A DNA stretch of 64,000 nt from an uncultured delta proteobacterium (GCA_963790475.1 CAWBOS010000011.1:1-64000); one strand, 5' to 3'; counted from the stretch's first letter, positions 52,065 through 63,343 are shown. Translations and numbers: made by a program. The notes: generated by a model not told the origin, from the sequence alone.

Positions 52065-54456
52065 CTATTTTCCCCGGGTTACGGGAAGGATTATCTTAAC
52101 CTCGGTTCCTACCCCGACCCGGCTCTTGATTTCCAGACGACCCCCGTGGGCCTCCACAATGCCGAAACAAAGAGAAAGGCCCAATCCGGTGCCTTTGCCC
52201 ACCGGTTTGGTGCTGAAGAAGGGCTCCAGGACTTTGCTGAGAATCTCTTCGGGAATACCTTCTCCGGTATCCTTCACCGAAACAATCACCGAAGGGGGGT
52301 TGCCCTCATCAAGATAGGAGCCGATGGTCAACTCTTTCGGCCCGGTCACCGGATCCATGGCATCTCTGGCGTTGGATATCAGGTTGAGGAAGACCTGTTC
52401 AAGCTGATTGGTATCTCCGTTGATCTTCGGCAGGTTTTCGGATAATTTTCTGGTGATGGTTATATTATGATTGAGGAGTTGCTGACCGGTGAGCAGTAAG
52501 GCATTTTCTATTGGCTGGTTTGATATCGATTTCCTGGAAATCGGATTCGGTCTGCCGGGAAAACTCTCGGAGGTGATTGACGATCTTTTCGATGCGGTCA
52601 TTGCATTTCCCGATGAGTTCCAAACGTTCCTGGTTGGGACAGTCCTCATGAAGGTTGTTCTGGATGACATGGAAGATCGTCTGAGAGGCCATCAGGGGAT
52701 TATTCAGTTCATGAGCCACCCCGGCCACCAGTTCACCCAGGGCCCTCATTTTGGAAGCCTCTACCAGATAAAACTGGGTTTCTTTGAGCTTGGCCTCCAG
52801 GCGTTTTTGCTCGGTGATGTTTTTGAATATTCCGGAAGTGCCGATCACCTTGTCTTCTTCATCCCGGAGCAGAGAGGCCGAAGTCAATATGGTCAGGATT
52901 TCTCCGGTCTTCCTTTTGACTTCCATTTCATAGTGTTCAATCCGTCCCTTGGCCCTGATGAGGTTCATGATATCCCGGGCCTCCTGAATGCCCCGGACAT
53001 AAATCATCGAAATATGGTTGCCCAAAAGTTCCGATTTCTGGTACCCCAGCATCTCGGCAATCGCCCGATTCAGGTAAGTGATTTTGCCCTTGAGATCGGT
53101 GGTGACAATGCCGTCCACCGAACTCTCCATAATGTTTTCCAGAAATTCCTTGGTTTCCCGCAGTTCTTTTTCCAGGGTCTTTCGTATAGCGTAATGTTCC
53201 GGACGATTTCAACAAAACCCTTAATCTCCCCCCCAGGGATCGGCAATGGCCGTCAGAGAAGAGGAGGCCGGAAATCGTTCACCGTTTTTCCGAACCCGGT
53301 CCATCTCCTGATTGGTTAATCCTTCGGTCCTGATCCGATGTAACAAGGCTTTTCCAATCCCTTTTTCGGAGATGGAGGGCGGGAAGGTAACCGCGATATT
53401 CTGGGTGCGGATAACTTCCTCCTTTCTCCAGTCAAGGAGTTTTTCCGCCCCCTTATTGAATTCGGTGATGGTTCCGTCTACGTCCATGGCGATAATGCCA
53501 TATTGGGTGGTGCTCTCCAGGATACTGGTCAAAAAATGAGAGAGGGAACGGTATCTTTCCCGGGATTCCATCAGGTCTCTGGTCCGGAGTTCTACCAGAT
53601 TTTCCAGATTCGAAGTATAGTTTTGAATCTTTTCCGCCATCAAATTGAAAGATTCTCCCAGGGTCCCGATCTCGTCTTGGCCTTTGATTATTACCCTGTG
53701 GGAAAGGTCACCCGACGACATCCCGGTGGTAACGCGGGTAAGATCCAGAATCGGCCCGGTCAGGAAATTGGAAAGGAGGACGGTCAGAACAAAGGCGATG
53801 GCCAGGCTGACAAAAATCACAATAAAGATGAACCGTTCAGTTTCATAAAGGGAATGATAAATTTCTTCTTCATAGGCCCCGGCGGAAATGATCCAGTCCC
53901 AGGGTTTAAAATAGATAAATTTGGCAAGTTTCTGCCTGGGCTTGGTCTCTCCTAACTCAGGATTCATCCAGGGATAGCGGATTGTTCCTACTTTGCCGTC
54001 TCCCAGGACCAGGGCCTCTTTAATCATGGCCCGTATGTATTTGAAACCGGCTGAATCCGTTGAATCCAGGATATTCTCCCCTTCTTTGGCCGGATGGACC
54101 CGCAGGATGCCGCGGCTGTCAATGATAAAAGCGTAGCCGGTATCTCCCACTTTATTCTGTCTGATCTCTTCGTTTAAGGTGTTGAAGCTTCTACCCGTTG
54201 GCGGGTTGACCGTTCCCTTGGGCATCATTTCCTGCTGTGTTTTACACAAGGCATAGATGTTCCTGACCAGGTGTTCCAAGTCTTCTTCGGAGGCTTTTTT
54301 CAAGGCGTCATTGAATCGGGCCAGACTGAATGAGACGACGATCAGAAGGGGCAACAAAACCAGGAAGAGGGTCACGCTGATTAGTTTTTTCCGGATCTTC
54401 CAATCATGAAAAGGAATGGCAATTTTCGCGGGTTTTTTGGGTGGATAGTTTTCCAT
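52065..54456 (-). CDS. Cache-HAMP-PAS-PAS histidine kinase, split by two +1 frameshifts
   Basis: Cache/HAMP/PAS in 53221-54456, PAS and AHELNNPL in 52465-53130, HATPase in 52065-52670; extra G at 53228-53234 and extra A near 52520. Confidence 0.85.
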
Positions 54457-54653
54457 CGGGCCGATCTCTGCTTGAGACGCCTCTGCTTAAAGAGGGTCAT
54501 CTGTCGAAATGATTTCTTTGGTGAATAAAACAAATTATATAACAGACCCGGGAGAGGGAGCAAGGAGAAAAACGATCCCGCTGCCACTATCCCCCGGGTG
54601 CAAATTTTTTGATTCAATGAGGGAAACAAAAAAGTGGCATATTCATTACTTTT

Positions 54654-56438
54654 TTGTTAGAAGAGAAAACAGGCCAACGGGTGGTGGAGAACGGACCACC
54701 GAAAACGGCTCATAGGGATCGATTGATGCAGGATATCCGACAAACTAAAGGAGGCTACTCCAGGCTTTACCTTGATTTTATCTCCTTGATTTTTGTGACT
54801 TCTTTAATTCCCCATCTTTTGATCGGCTGGGGAATCTACTATTATTTTTCCGATTTTTCCAGGACACGGCTGAAGGCTACTTTTCAAGGTCAGGTCGAGG
54901 ATCACCGAAAAATTATTGAGATGTTTTTAAAAGAAAGGACCTCTGATCTCGATATGGTGGTCCAGACCCAATCCTTAGAACAGTTAGGTCGGCAGGAAAA
55001 TCTGGCCCGGGTCTTTGCTGCTCTAAACCGAGGCGGGCAATTTTTCATTGATTTAGGTGTAATTAATGAAAAGGGTAATCATCTGTCTTATGCCGGCCCC
55101 TATCAACTCATGAATAAAGATTACTCGCAGACCTTATGGTTTCAGGAGGTGATGAAAAAGGGAGTTTTCATCAGTGATATGTTTTTGGGTTTTCGTAATT
55201 CACCCCATTTCATCATCGCTATTTTAAGACATGAAGGGGGGCATCGCTGGATACTCAGGGCCAGTATCGATACCAATTATTTTCGTTCCCTGGTGGAAAA
55301 TGTCCGAATCGGCAAAACCGGGGAGTCTTATCTTTTGAATCAAGCGGGTACCTTTCAAACCAGCCCCCGTCTTACGGGCAGGATTATGGAAAAATCCCAC
55401 CTGCCTGTCGGGGAATTTCAGAAAGACAGCGGCGTAGAGATTGTAGAAGGAGATGAGGAAAGTCCTGACCGGCCCTTACCCCGTCAAATCATTGCTTACA
55501 CCTGGCTTAAGGAACCCCGTTGGCTGCTGGTGATCAAGCAGGACTACTCAGAAGCTTTCAAGGAGGTCAACCGGGTCAACTGGTCCACTTTGATTTTTAT
55601 TCATCTGAGCAGTTTGGGTATCATCATCCTTACCATCACCGTCACTTATTTTATAATCAGAATGATCCGAAGGCGTGATGAAAAAAACCGGCAGCTCAAC
55701 GATCAATTGATGCAGGCCAGTAAACTGGCCTCTATGGGAGAAATTTCAGCCAGTGTGGCCCATGAATTAAATAATCCTCTGGGGGGCATTTTGATCTACG
55801 CCAACTTGCTGCTGGAGGAAACACCGGAGGAAGATCCCAAGCGGAAAGACCTTAAAGAGATTATCGATCAGACATTACGCTGCAAGGAGATCGTTAAAGA
55901 CTTATTGGAATTCAGCCGCAAGTCCACCCACCAGCGGGTCCCTTGCAGCCTCAATCAATCGATCCGGCAAGCCGTTGACTTCCTGAGTAAGCAGGCCCTT
56001 TTTCAAACCCCCCTTTTTTTAGGTCCCATTGTTCAACCCAATATTCAGGTTGTCCAGGAGATCGATCCTGACCTGCCTTTAATCTCCGCCGATCACAACC
56101 GACTGAATCAGGTCCTGGTCAATCTGATCATCAATGCCGTGGATGCCATGGAAGGCAAAGGGACTCTGACCCTGCGAACCTATCAAGATCTGGCAGGAAA
56201 ACAGGTGGTCTTGGAGGTTTCCGATACCGGGATGGGCATCCCTCCGGAAAATATTCCGAAAATTTTTGAACCCTTTTTCACCACCAAAGAGGTGGGGAAA
56301 GGAACAGGGTTGGGATTGAGCACTGTTTACGGCATCGTCCAGGAGCATGGGGGAACTATCGATGTCCAAAGTGAGGTAGGAAAGGGGACGACCTTCATTT
56401 TGCATTTTCCTGTGGCAGATTCTCAATCCCAGAATTAA
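54654..56438 (+). CDS. Membrane sensor histidine kinase (NtrB-type transmitter); start uncertain
   Basis: Two TM helices around a periplasmic domain, AHELNNPL, NAVDAM, FFTTK, GTGLGL. Confidence 0.9.
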   Translation: MLEEKTGQRVVENGPPKTAHRDRLMQDIRQTKGGYSRLYLDFISLIFVTSLIPHLLIGWGIYYYFSDFSRTRLKATFQGQVEDHRKIIEMFLKERTSDLDMVVQTQSLEQLGRQENLARVFAALNRGGQFFIDLGVINEKGNHLSYAGPYQLMNKDYSQTLWFQEVMKKGVFISDMFLGFRNSPHFIIAILRHEGGHRWILRASIDTNYFRSLVENVRIGKTGESYLLNQAGTFQTSPRLTGRIMEKSHLPVGEFQKDSGVEIVEGDEESPDRPLPRQIIAYTWLKEPRWLLVIKQDYSEAFKEVNRVNWSTLIFIHLSSLGIIILTITVTYFIIRMIRRRDEKNRQLNDQLMQASKLASMGEISASVAHELNNPLGGILIYANLLLEETPEEDPKRKDLKEIIDQTLRCKEIVKDLLEFSRKSTHQRVPCSLNQSIRQAVDFLSKQALFQTPLFLGPIVQPNIQVVQEIDPDLPLISADHNRLNQVLVNLIINAVDAMEGKGTLTLRTYQDLAGKQVVLEVSDTGMGIPPENIPKIFEPFFTTKEVGKGTGLGLSTVYGIVQEHGGTIDVQSEVGKGTTFILHFPVADSQSQN

Positions 56439-56525
56439 TTCCCTTGACACCAAAAAGGGGGGTCTCTATATTTCTCAGGTCGAGAAGTGTTAAAATATTT
56501 TCCCCCTAACTCTAAGGAGGTTCTC

Positions 56526-57719
56526 ATGTTTCAGAAAGTTTTCATCCCTTATAAAGGTTATTGGTCTTCCCCTTTTTCCCGTTGGCAAATGTCCTTCCAA
56601 AATATTAACGCCGTTGAATTGGGAGCCCAAACAGCCCGGAAATTTTTAGAATTAAGGGGGCTTTCCCCGGATATTTTTGACGGCTGTGTTTTAGGCATGA
56701 CCATCGGACAACCCGCCTGGTTTTATGCCAATCCCTGGTTCTGCGGTCTATTGGGGAATGACCGGATCAGCGGACCGACCATCAGCCAGGCCTGCGCCAC
56801 GAGCGCCGCGGCCATTTATACCGCAGGACTTTGGGTGGAGTCGGGGAATTATGAGAATGTCCTGGTGGCCACCATGGATCGTTGTTCTAACGGCCCGCAT
56901 ACGATCTGGCCCAATCCTAACGGGCCCGGGGGGGAAGTGATCAGCGAGAACTGGAATATGGACAATTTTAACCGCGATCCCTATGCCGGGGAAGCCATGA
57001 TCAGAACCTCGGAAAATGTGGCGGCCATGTACGGAGGGATCACCAAAGAAGAATCGGATGCCATGGCCGTGCGGCGATATGAACAATATCTGATGGCCTT
57101 AGCCAACGACCGGGAATTTCAAAAAGGGTATATGATTCCGGTCGAAACCCGTATTTCCAAAAAGAAAACCCTGGTTATCGAAGGCGATGAAGGGATCACC
57201 CCCTGTACCCCGGAAGGTCTGGCCCCGCTCAAACCGGTCCTGCCCGGGGGATGTATCTCCTTTGGAGCCCAAACTCATCCGGCCGATGGAAACGCCGGTA
57301 TTATTGTGACCACCCAAGAGAAGGCCAGAGAACTGAGTTCCAATAAAGATATCACCATTCAGCTGATCAGTTATGGTTATGCCCGGGCCAAAAAAGCCCA
57401 CATGGCCGCTGCGGTATCACCGGCGGCCGAAATGGCCTTAGAAAAGGCCGGGATCGGGGTCAAGGATCTGAAAGCCGTTAAATCCCATAATCCCTTCACC
57501 GTCAATGACATCGTCATGGGCAAACTGATGAAAATCCCTGAAGCGATATTCAATAATTACGGGAGCTCTCTGGTCTTTGGCCATCCCCAGGGACCGACCG
57601 GGGCCAGATGCACTGTGGAACTGATCGAAGAGCTGGTCAAAATTGGCGGAGGGTATGGCTTGTTTGCCGGGTGTGCAGCCGGAGATACGGGAGCGGCTTT
57701 GGTAATTAAGGTGGATTAA
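56526..57719 (+). CDS. Thiolase family protein
   Basis: QACATS (Cys), GHPQGPTG (His), CAAGDTG; AAGGAGG RBS. Confidence 0.88.
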   Translation: MFQKVFIPYKGYWSSPFSRWQMSFQNINAVELGAQTARKFLELRGLSPDIFDGCVLGMTIGQPAWFYANPWFCGLLGNDRISGPTISQACATSAAAIYTAGLWVESGNYENVLVATMDRCSNGPHTIWPNPNGPGGEVISENWNMDNFNRDPYAGEAMIRTSENVAAMYGGITKEESDAMAVRRYEQYLMALANDREFQKGYMIPVETRISKKKTLVIEGDEGITPCTPEGLAPLKPVLPGGCISFGAQTHPADGNAGIIVTTQEKARELSSNKDITIQLISYGYARAKKAHMAAAVSPAAEMALEKAGIGVKDLKAVKSHNPFTVNDIVMGKLMKIPEAIFNNYGSSLVFGHPQGPTGARCTVELIEELVKIGGGYGLFAGCAAGDTGAALVIKVD

Positions 57720-57780
57720 TTCTGCCAAGTCTATTTGAAGTTTTGAAATCCTGGAGCCAGAATTGAAAAGGCCTAAGGAT

Positions 57781-57894
57781 CGCTTCGCTTAAGGAGCATC
57801 CAGCCTAAGGCGGGATTTGAGGAATGAGGCAATCACCAACGCCGCCTTAGGTTCGTCGGAGACGAACGCTCCTCAAGTGAAACGGCCCTCAAGC
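57781..57894. repeat. Intergenic repeat family C, copy 3
   Basis: CGCTTCGCTTAAGGAGCA...GTTCGTCGGAGACGAACGCTCCTCAAG. Confidence 0.7.
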
Positions 57895-57968
57895 GGTTTT
57901 TTTAAAACAACTCTTCTTCCCCCCTATCGCGAAAATGAATATCTCGCATTAACTTCGAGGCAAACAAA

Positions 57969-60032
57969 ATGCTGAATATCCAATCGCCAAATGGAATCAG
58001 TTTCCCTCTCGGAGCGACCGTCTGCCCGGAGGGTGTCAATTTCAGCGTCTATTCCAAAAATGCGGTCGGGGTGGAATTGCTGCTTTTTGAACGGGCCGAT
58101 GCCCCCCGGCCATCCCGGGTAATCCCCCTGGATCCGGCGAAAAACCGGACCTATTTTTACTGGCACGTCTTTGTACCCGGCCTGCACGCCGGCCAGATCT
58201 ACGGCTACCGGGTATCCGGACCCTTTGAGCCGGAGAAGGGGATGCGCTTCGACCCCTTGAAAATCCTGCTGGACCCTTACGGAAAAGCCCTGGTAACGCC
58301 GGATCATTACAACCGGCTGACGGCCGGTCTTCCCGGGGAGAACACAGCCACGGCCATGAAAAGCGTGGTGACGGATTTGGGCCGTTACGATTGGGAGGGG
58401 GATGCCCCTTTAATGCACCCTTTCTCCAATACCATTATTTATGAACTGCACGTCCGCGGTTTCACCCGTCATCCCAGCTCGGGTGCCGCAGAGGATAAGC
58501 GGGGCACTTTTGCCGGTTTGACGGAGAAGATCCCTTATCTGCAGGATTTGGGAATCACCGCTGTGGAACTCCTTCCGATATTTCAATTTGATGAACAGGA
58601 TGCTCCCCCCGGCTTAAGGAACTATTGGGGTTACAGCCCGATAAGCTTCTTCGTTCCTCACGCCGGTTATTGCGCCTGCCGTGACCCCCTCGGCGGGCTG
58701 GATGAATTCCGGGATATGGTCAAGGTCCTGCATCGGGCCGGGATCGAGGTGATCCTGGATGTGGTCTTCAACCACACCGCGGAGGGGGATGAAAACGGTC
58801 CGACCCTGTGCTATCGGGGTTTTGAAAACAAGGCCTATTACCTGCTGGAAGCCGACAGCGGCCGATACGCCAACTATTCAGGATGCGGCAACACCCTCAA
58901 TCCGAGCAACTCCATTGTCCGCCGAATGATCATCGACAGCCTGCATTACTGGGTCAGTGTAATGCATGTGGACGGCTTCCGCTTTGATCTGGCTTCTATT
59001 CTCTCCCGGGACGAAACCGGTAAACCCCAGGCCAATCCTCCGGTACTCTGGGAGATTGAGTCTGATCCGCACTTGGCCGGCACCAAGCTGATCGCCGAGG
59101 CCTGGGACGCAGCCGGGCTTTACCAGGTGGGCAGCTTTGTTGGTGAAAGCTGGGTGGAATGGAACGGGAGATTCCGAGATGATGTGCGTAGATTTATGCG
59201 AGGTGACCGGGACACCGTCACCAATGTAGCCCCTCGCCTGCTGGCCAGTCCGGATATTTACGGCTATCAGGAAAAAGAATCGGCCCATAGTGTTAATTTC
59301 ATTACCTGCCACGACGGCTTCACCCTCAATGACCTGGTCTCCTATAACTTTAAACACAACGAGGCCAACGGCGAGGAGAATCGGGACGGGATGGACGACA
59401 ACCTGAGCTGGAACTGCGGGATGGAAGGTCCCACAGACAACCCGGACATCGCCGGACTTCGCAACCGACAGGTGAAGAATTTCCTGGCCATCACCCTCTT
59501 GTCGCTGGGGGCGCCTATGCTCCTCATGGGCGATGAGGTTCGGAGGACCCAGCAGGGCAACAACAACGCCTACTGCCAGGACGAAATCAGTTGGTTGGAT
59601 TGGCGACTGCAGGAAAAGCATGAGGACATCCACCGTTTCGTGAAGGCCCTGATCGCGGCCCGCCAGTATAGAGACAACTCGATCCAATCGCGGGAAATCA
59701 CGCTGAATCAGCTCCTGAGGGAGGCTCGCCTTCAATGGCATGGGGTCAAACTCAACCAGCCCGATTGGGGCCCTGATTCCCGAAGCATCGCTCTGACCGC
59801 CTGGTACCTTAACGGAAGGTTACTGATCCACATGATGCTGAATGCCTTCTGGGAACCGTTGGCTTTTGAATTGCCCCCCCCTCAAAACACCTGGCGGCGA
59901 TGGATTGACACAGCGCTGGACTCCCCTGACGACATCAGCAGTTGGGACCAGGCCCCGGCCGTTTCCGGATCGACTTATCTGGTACAGTCACGGTCGATTG
60001 TGGTGCTTATGGAGCAAATAGAACAAAGTTGA
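57969..60032 (+). CDS. glgX: Glycogen debranching enzyme (isoamylase)
   Basis: NYWGY, DVVFNHT, GFRFDLA, IAEAWD, CHDGFTL, GNNNAYCQD. Confidence 0.95.
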   Translation: MLNIQSPNGISFPLGATVCPEGVNFSVYSKNAVGVELLLFERADAPRPSRVIPLDPAKNRTYFYWHVFVPGLHAGQIYGYRVSGPFEPEKGMRFDPLKILLDPYGKALVTPDHYNRLTAGLPGENTATAMKSVVTDLGRYDWEGDAPLMHPFSNTIIYELHVRGFTRHPSSGAAEDKRGTFAGLTEKIPYLQDLGITAVELLPIFQFDEQDAPPGLRNYWGYSPISFFVPHAGYCACRDPLGGLDEFRDMVKVLHRAGIEVILDVVFNHTAEGDENGPTLCYRGFENKAYYLLEADSGRYANYSGCGNTLNPSNSIVRRMIIDSLHYWVSVMHVDGFRFDLASILSRDETGKPQANPPVLWEIESDPHLAGTKLIAEAWDAAGLYQVGSFVGESWVEWNGRFRDDVRRFMRGDRDTVTNVAPRLLASPDIYGYQEKESAHSVNFITCHDGFTLNDLVSYNFKHNEANGEENRDGMDDNLSWNCGMEGPTDNPDIAGLRNRQVKNFLAITLLSLGAPMLLMGDEVRRTQQGNNNAYCQDEISWLDWRLQEKHEDIHRFVKALIAARQYRDNSIQSREITLNQLLREARLQWHGVKLNQPDWGPDSRSIALTAWYLNGRLLIHMMLNAFWEPLAFELPPPQNTWRRWIDTALDSPDDISSWDQAPAVSGSTYLVQSRSIVVLMEQIEQS

Positions 60033-60129
60033 GATTACAGGTCTTTCCCCGGCCTCCTCGATCCCGCCCAACTTAAAAGCTGAGAGATTTAATTCTGATC
60101 GGGAAGGATATTGACGCTCATGCAAATTA

Positions 60130-61242
60130 GGAAAAACAACCCTGGCCAAGATGGTTTTTAAGAAGTTGGCCTATGTAAGTCTGGAAGAACCCAACGAAAG
60201 GGAATTTGCCATTCAGGACCCGAAAGGTTTTCTCCGCAGGTATAACAAGGGGGTTATCTTAGATGAGGTCCAGAAGGTCCCGGCCTTACTTTCTTACCTG
60301 CAAGGATTGGTGGATCAGGATGATTCTCCGGGGAGATATATCCTGACCGGATCTCAGCGGTTTCAGCTTATGAATAAAGTCAGCCAAACCCTAGCCGGCC
60401 GGACAGCCATCGTTAACCTGCTCCCCTTCAGTCTCGGCGAACTCCTTGGAACCCCCAGGCCCGATCCCTGGAAGATGGCCGCCCTGCCCAAAAAGAGGCA
60501 AAAACCTCCTTTTAGTCTTGAAAAGATCCTGCATCAGGGGTTGTATCCCCGAATCCATGACAAGGGACTGGACCCCCAGGATTGGCTTTCGGCCTATTAT
60601 CGGACCTACATTGAGAGAGATGTCCGGGAAGTAACCAATATCGGCAATCTGGAAACCTTTCAGAGATTTGTCAGGTTATGTGCCGGAAGAAGTGGGCAGT
60701 TGCTTAATCTCTCCTCTTTGGCCGCTGATTGCGGGATTTCTCATACTACCGCCCGGCAATGGATCTCCGTTCTGGAAACAGGTTTTATCATCCATCTCCT
60801 CTCGCCTCATTATGCCAATTTCTCTAAAAGGATAATCAAGAGTCCTAAATTGTATTTTCTGGATACCGGTCTTTTATGCTACCTCCTCAGGATCAGAGAT
60901 CCGGAAGATATCGTTTCCCATCCCCTTAAAGGGGCCATCTTTGAAACCTTTGTCCTCTCTGAGCCATACAAGGCCTTTACCCACAGAGGCGAGACATCTC
61001 CCCTCTACTTTTGGCGGGATCACACGGGGCATGAAGTCGATTTCATTATCGACACCGGGAAAAATCTGATCCCTATAGAAGTTAAATCCGGTGAGACCAT
61101 AGGATCTTCTTTTTTTGACGGGCTGAGATTTTTTACCGCTCTTGGCCCCCCGGTCCTGTCTTCCGGTGTGCTGGTTTACGGCGGAGAAGCTCAATACCAA
61201 AGAGAAAAGTTTATCGTTCGACCCTGGTATCAATGTCCTTAG
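60130..61242 (+). pseudogene. AAA+ ATPase with DUF4143 domain, 5'-truncated
   Basis: Only GKTT of Walker A remains (in-frame TGA at 60112); LDEVQ, LTGS, KLYFLDTGL, EVDF...IEVK. Confidence 0.7.
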
Positions 61243-61323
61243 ATTGAATTGATTCTTTCCTTAGTGGTTGGGCACAAAGGCATACTTTGATCCTTTCGGG
61301 GGTGGAAGTTCTGGTAAAGCCAT

Positions 61324-61419
61324 TGCCTAACCAAAAAAATGCAGCGGATGCCCGGACACGCTCGGTGGTATTGTCCTCAAGTCGGCGGGGCCGGGCACCG
61401 CTGATTTTTGGCGTTCGAC
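61324..61419 (+). other. attC site
   Basis: TGCCTAAC ... AATGCAGCGGATGCCCGG / CCGGGCACCGCTGATT (two extrahelical bases) ... GTTCGAC. Confidence 0.82.
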
Positions 61420-61434
61420 CAAAGAAAACAAAAG

Positions 61435-61463
61435 TTGCGCATGGTCTTTGAGTGGGGTATCAT
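61435..61463 (+). promoter_or_regulatory. Candidate sigma-70 promoter of the hicB-hicA cassette
   Basis: TTGCGC-N17-TATCAT upstream of GAGG RBS. Confidence 0.5.
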
Positions 61464-61481
61464 AATCATAGAGGGTAATTT

Positions 61482-61682
61482 ATGAGAATCGAAATCGAGA
61501 GAGAAGAAGATGGTCGCTGGATTGCGGAAATCCCAGAGCTTCCCGGCGTCATGGTTTACGGGGATACCCGCAAGCAAGCCATTTCAAAAGCGGAGGCGTT
61601 GGCCTTGCGAGTCATGGCTGACCGACTGGAGCACGAGGAAGAAATTCCAGAGCTTAAGGAAGTGTTCGCCGTCTCAGCATGA
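61482..61682 (+). CDS. hicB: HicB-like antitoxin (short form)
   Basis: EREEDGRWIAEIPELPGVMVYGDT..A. Confidence 0.88.
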   Translation: MRIEIEREEDGRWIAEIPELPGVMVYGDTRKQAISKAEALALRVMADRLEHEEEIPELKEVFAVSA

Positions 61683-61894
61683 GCCGATGGCCGTCAACAA
61701 AAGCCCAACAAGTCCTCACCGCCTTGCTTCGCATTGGTTGGACAGTCAAGCGGCGGCACGGCACTTCACATCGTGTTCTCGCCCGTTCCGGTTGGCCTGA
61801 GTACGTATTCGCATTCCATGACCGCGAAGAAATAGGCCCGAAGATGTTGGCACGGGTTGCCAAGCATACAGGCCTTACCCCTGAAGACTTATGA
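61679..61894 (+). CDS. hicA: HicA-like mRNA interferase toxin
   Basis: L..IGW..R..GTSH motif; ATGA overlap with hicB. Confidence 0.88.
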   Translation: MSRWPSTKAQQVLTALLRIGWTVKRRHGTSHRVLARSGWPEYVFAFHDREEIGPKMLARVAKHTGLTPEDL

Positions 61895-61899
61895 GAATC

Positions 61900-61962
61900 G
61901 CCGAACTAATCAATGCAACGGATCAGCCCAAAATAGGTTTCCCGCTGATTTCTAGTATTGCT
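61900..61962 (+). other. Degenerate attC site closing the hicBA cassette
   Basis: GCCGAAC pairs with the cassette start GTTCGAC; AATGCAACGG / CCGCTGATT; R' decayed. Confidence 0.55.
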
Positions 61963-61973
61963 TGTCATACTAC

Positions 61974-62580
61974 ATGAAGACATTTAGTCAGCGGAAGGGC
62001 TTCAACCCTGTTTCGGAAACGATTCAATCAGTAAAGCCCTTTGATTCCACTATTTCAAGAAACCCATTGATTCAAGGCCAGACCGAGGAGGCAGGATTCT
62101 TGAAGCAATACGGGACTACTTCTTCCAGTGCAGATGGTTCGAGGTATATGACTTCTTGGAGTTCGTTGTAGCTCACTACAGCCGGACAAAACCAAGGCTG
62201 GCGGTATTGTTCGTAAACGATAAAACCTTATTCAACTTTATCATCCCGGATTTACTTAGGGTCCAAATCCGTAGCCTCGACGCCATCTTTAAACCCCACC
62301 TTCAATGCGTTCTTGCATCTGAAAATTTTTCCGATTAGTTTCTGGCAAAAGCACAATCCGAATTCGAAACGGTGGGCTACGGAAACACCAATAGCAAACG
62401 TATACTCGGATGTTTGAATGATTTGCTTTCCATTACAAATACAATATTCTCAGCGAGGGGGGTGTTCAAAGCCCTGCTGTCCCCGCAATCATCCAAAAAA
62501 TGAACAGAATACCAATGGGAGCAATTGAGTGCGTTTTCCCGATTGAGGCGTTACGGGCTGTCCATGACAGTGCTACATAA
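61974..62580 (+). pseudogene. Decayed cassette genes: AbiJ-NTD4-like fragment fused to a DUF6933-like fragment
   Basis: MKTFSQRKG...FKKPID...WFEVYDFLEF, then VLFVNDKTLF...TNSKRILG.LND...NRIPM with stops and frameshifts; ends in ACATAAC. Confidence 0.5.
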
Positions 62581-62642
62581 CAATTCAGACAAAAAGACGC
62601 AAGAAGCTAAGGTTTTTGCGTCCCTTGGATTCAAACTTCCTT

Positions 62643-62915
62643 TTAGAGTAAAACTACGGTCTGATCATTGGGAATTTCGAATCGGCAGCGGCAGCGCGGA
62701 TTGGGGCAGGTCAGGAAATCATCCACCCGCACCAGGTAGTCTCGGGCCTTGGCAAACTTGGCCCGGTCTAGTTCACCGGCGCCGGGGGGCAGTTTCTTCT
62801 TCTTGGAGCGTCGCAACCACCGGACCGAGAATTCGTTTTGTTGGCGGCACTTCGGACAGGTGTGGGTGAATTTTTTAGTCTCCGGGGTTTCGTCGTAAAA
62901 GTTTCTCTCGTCCAT
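62643..62915 (-). CDS. Small Cys-rich (zinc-binding) hypothetical protein
   Basis: CPKC ... CPNPRC; 90-aa ORF. Confidence 0.65.
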   Translation of the reverse strand: MDERNFYDETPETKKFTHTCPKCRQQNEFSVRWLRRSKKKKLPPGAGELDRAKFAKARDYLVRVDDFLTCPNPRCRCRFEIPNDQTVVLL

Positions 62916-63141
62916 GGTTCCCGATTATCGTTTATCGGCAAGGATGTTTCAAGGATAATTTGTAACATAGGAAAAAGAGGGCGTCGTCAAATTGACAAAT
63001 TATCCCATCTTGAGTGTACCCATTAAAAAACCCTCTGGCAACTCGGAAAGGTCTACGCTGTTGTAGTAAAAATAGAACACATCACGTAGTCCTGAAGATC
63101 TGACTCTAACCTGGCTTGACTTCCCGAATTTTTCCGGAGGT

Positions 63142-63216
63142 CTAAGCCAATTCCACTCTAAGTTTTTTCCCTAAGGCCGATGCCGCCCGTTCCAGTGTAG
63201 ATAAAGTAACAGATTG
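63142..63216 (-). pseudogene. 3' remnant of an XRE/HTH antitoxin-like gene
   Basis: Minus strand reads QSVTLSTLERAASALGKKLRVELA*. Confidence 0.5.
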
Positions 63217-63343
63217 GAGTGTTGCCAATCGTTGCCGGGCTATAGTCAAATCGCCTGGCGATATTCTCTGTGATGTACCAAAAATGGTACGAAAGTCAAT
63301 AAAAAAATTCCTTTTTTATTAAGAGGATTTGATAATAGATTGC

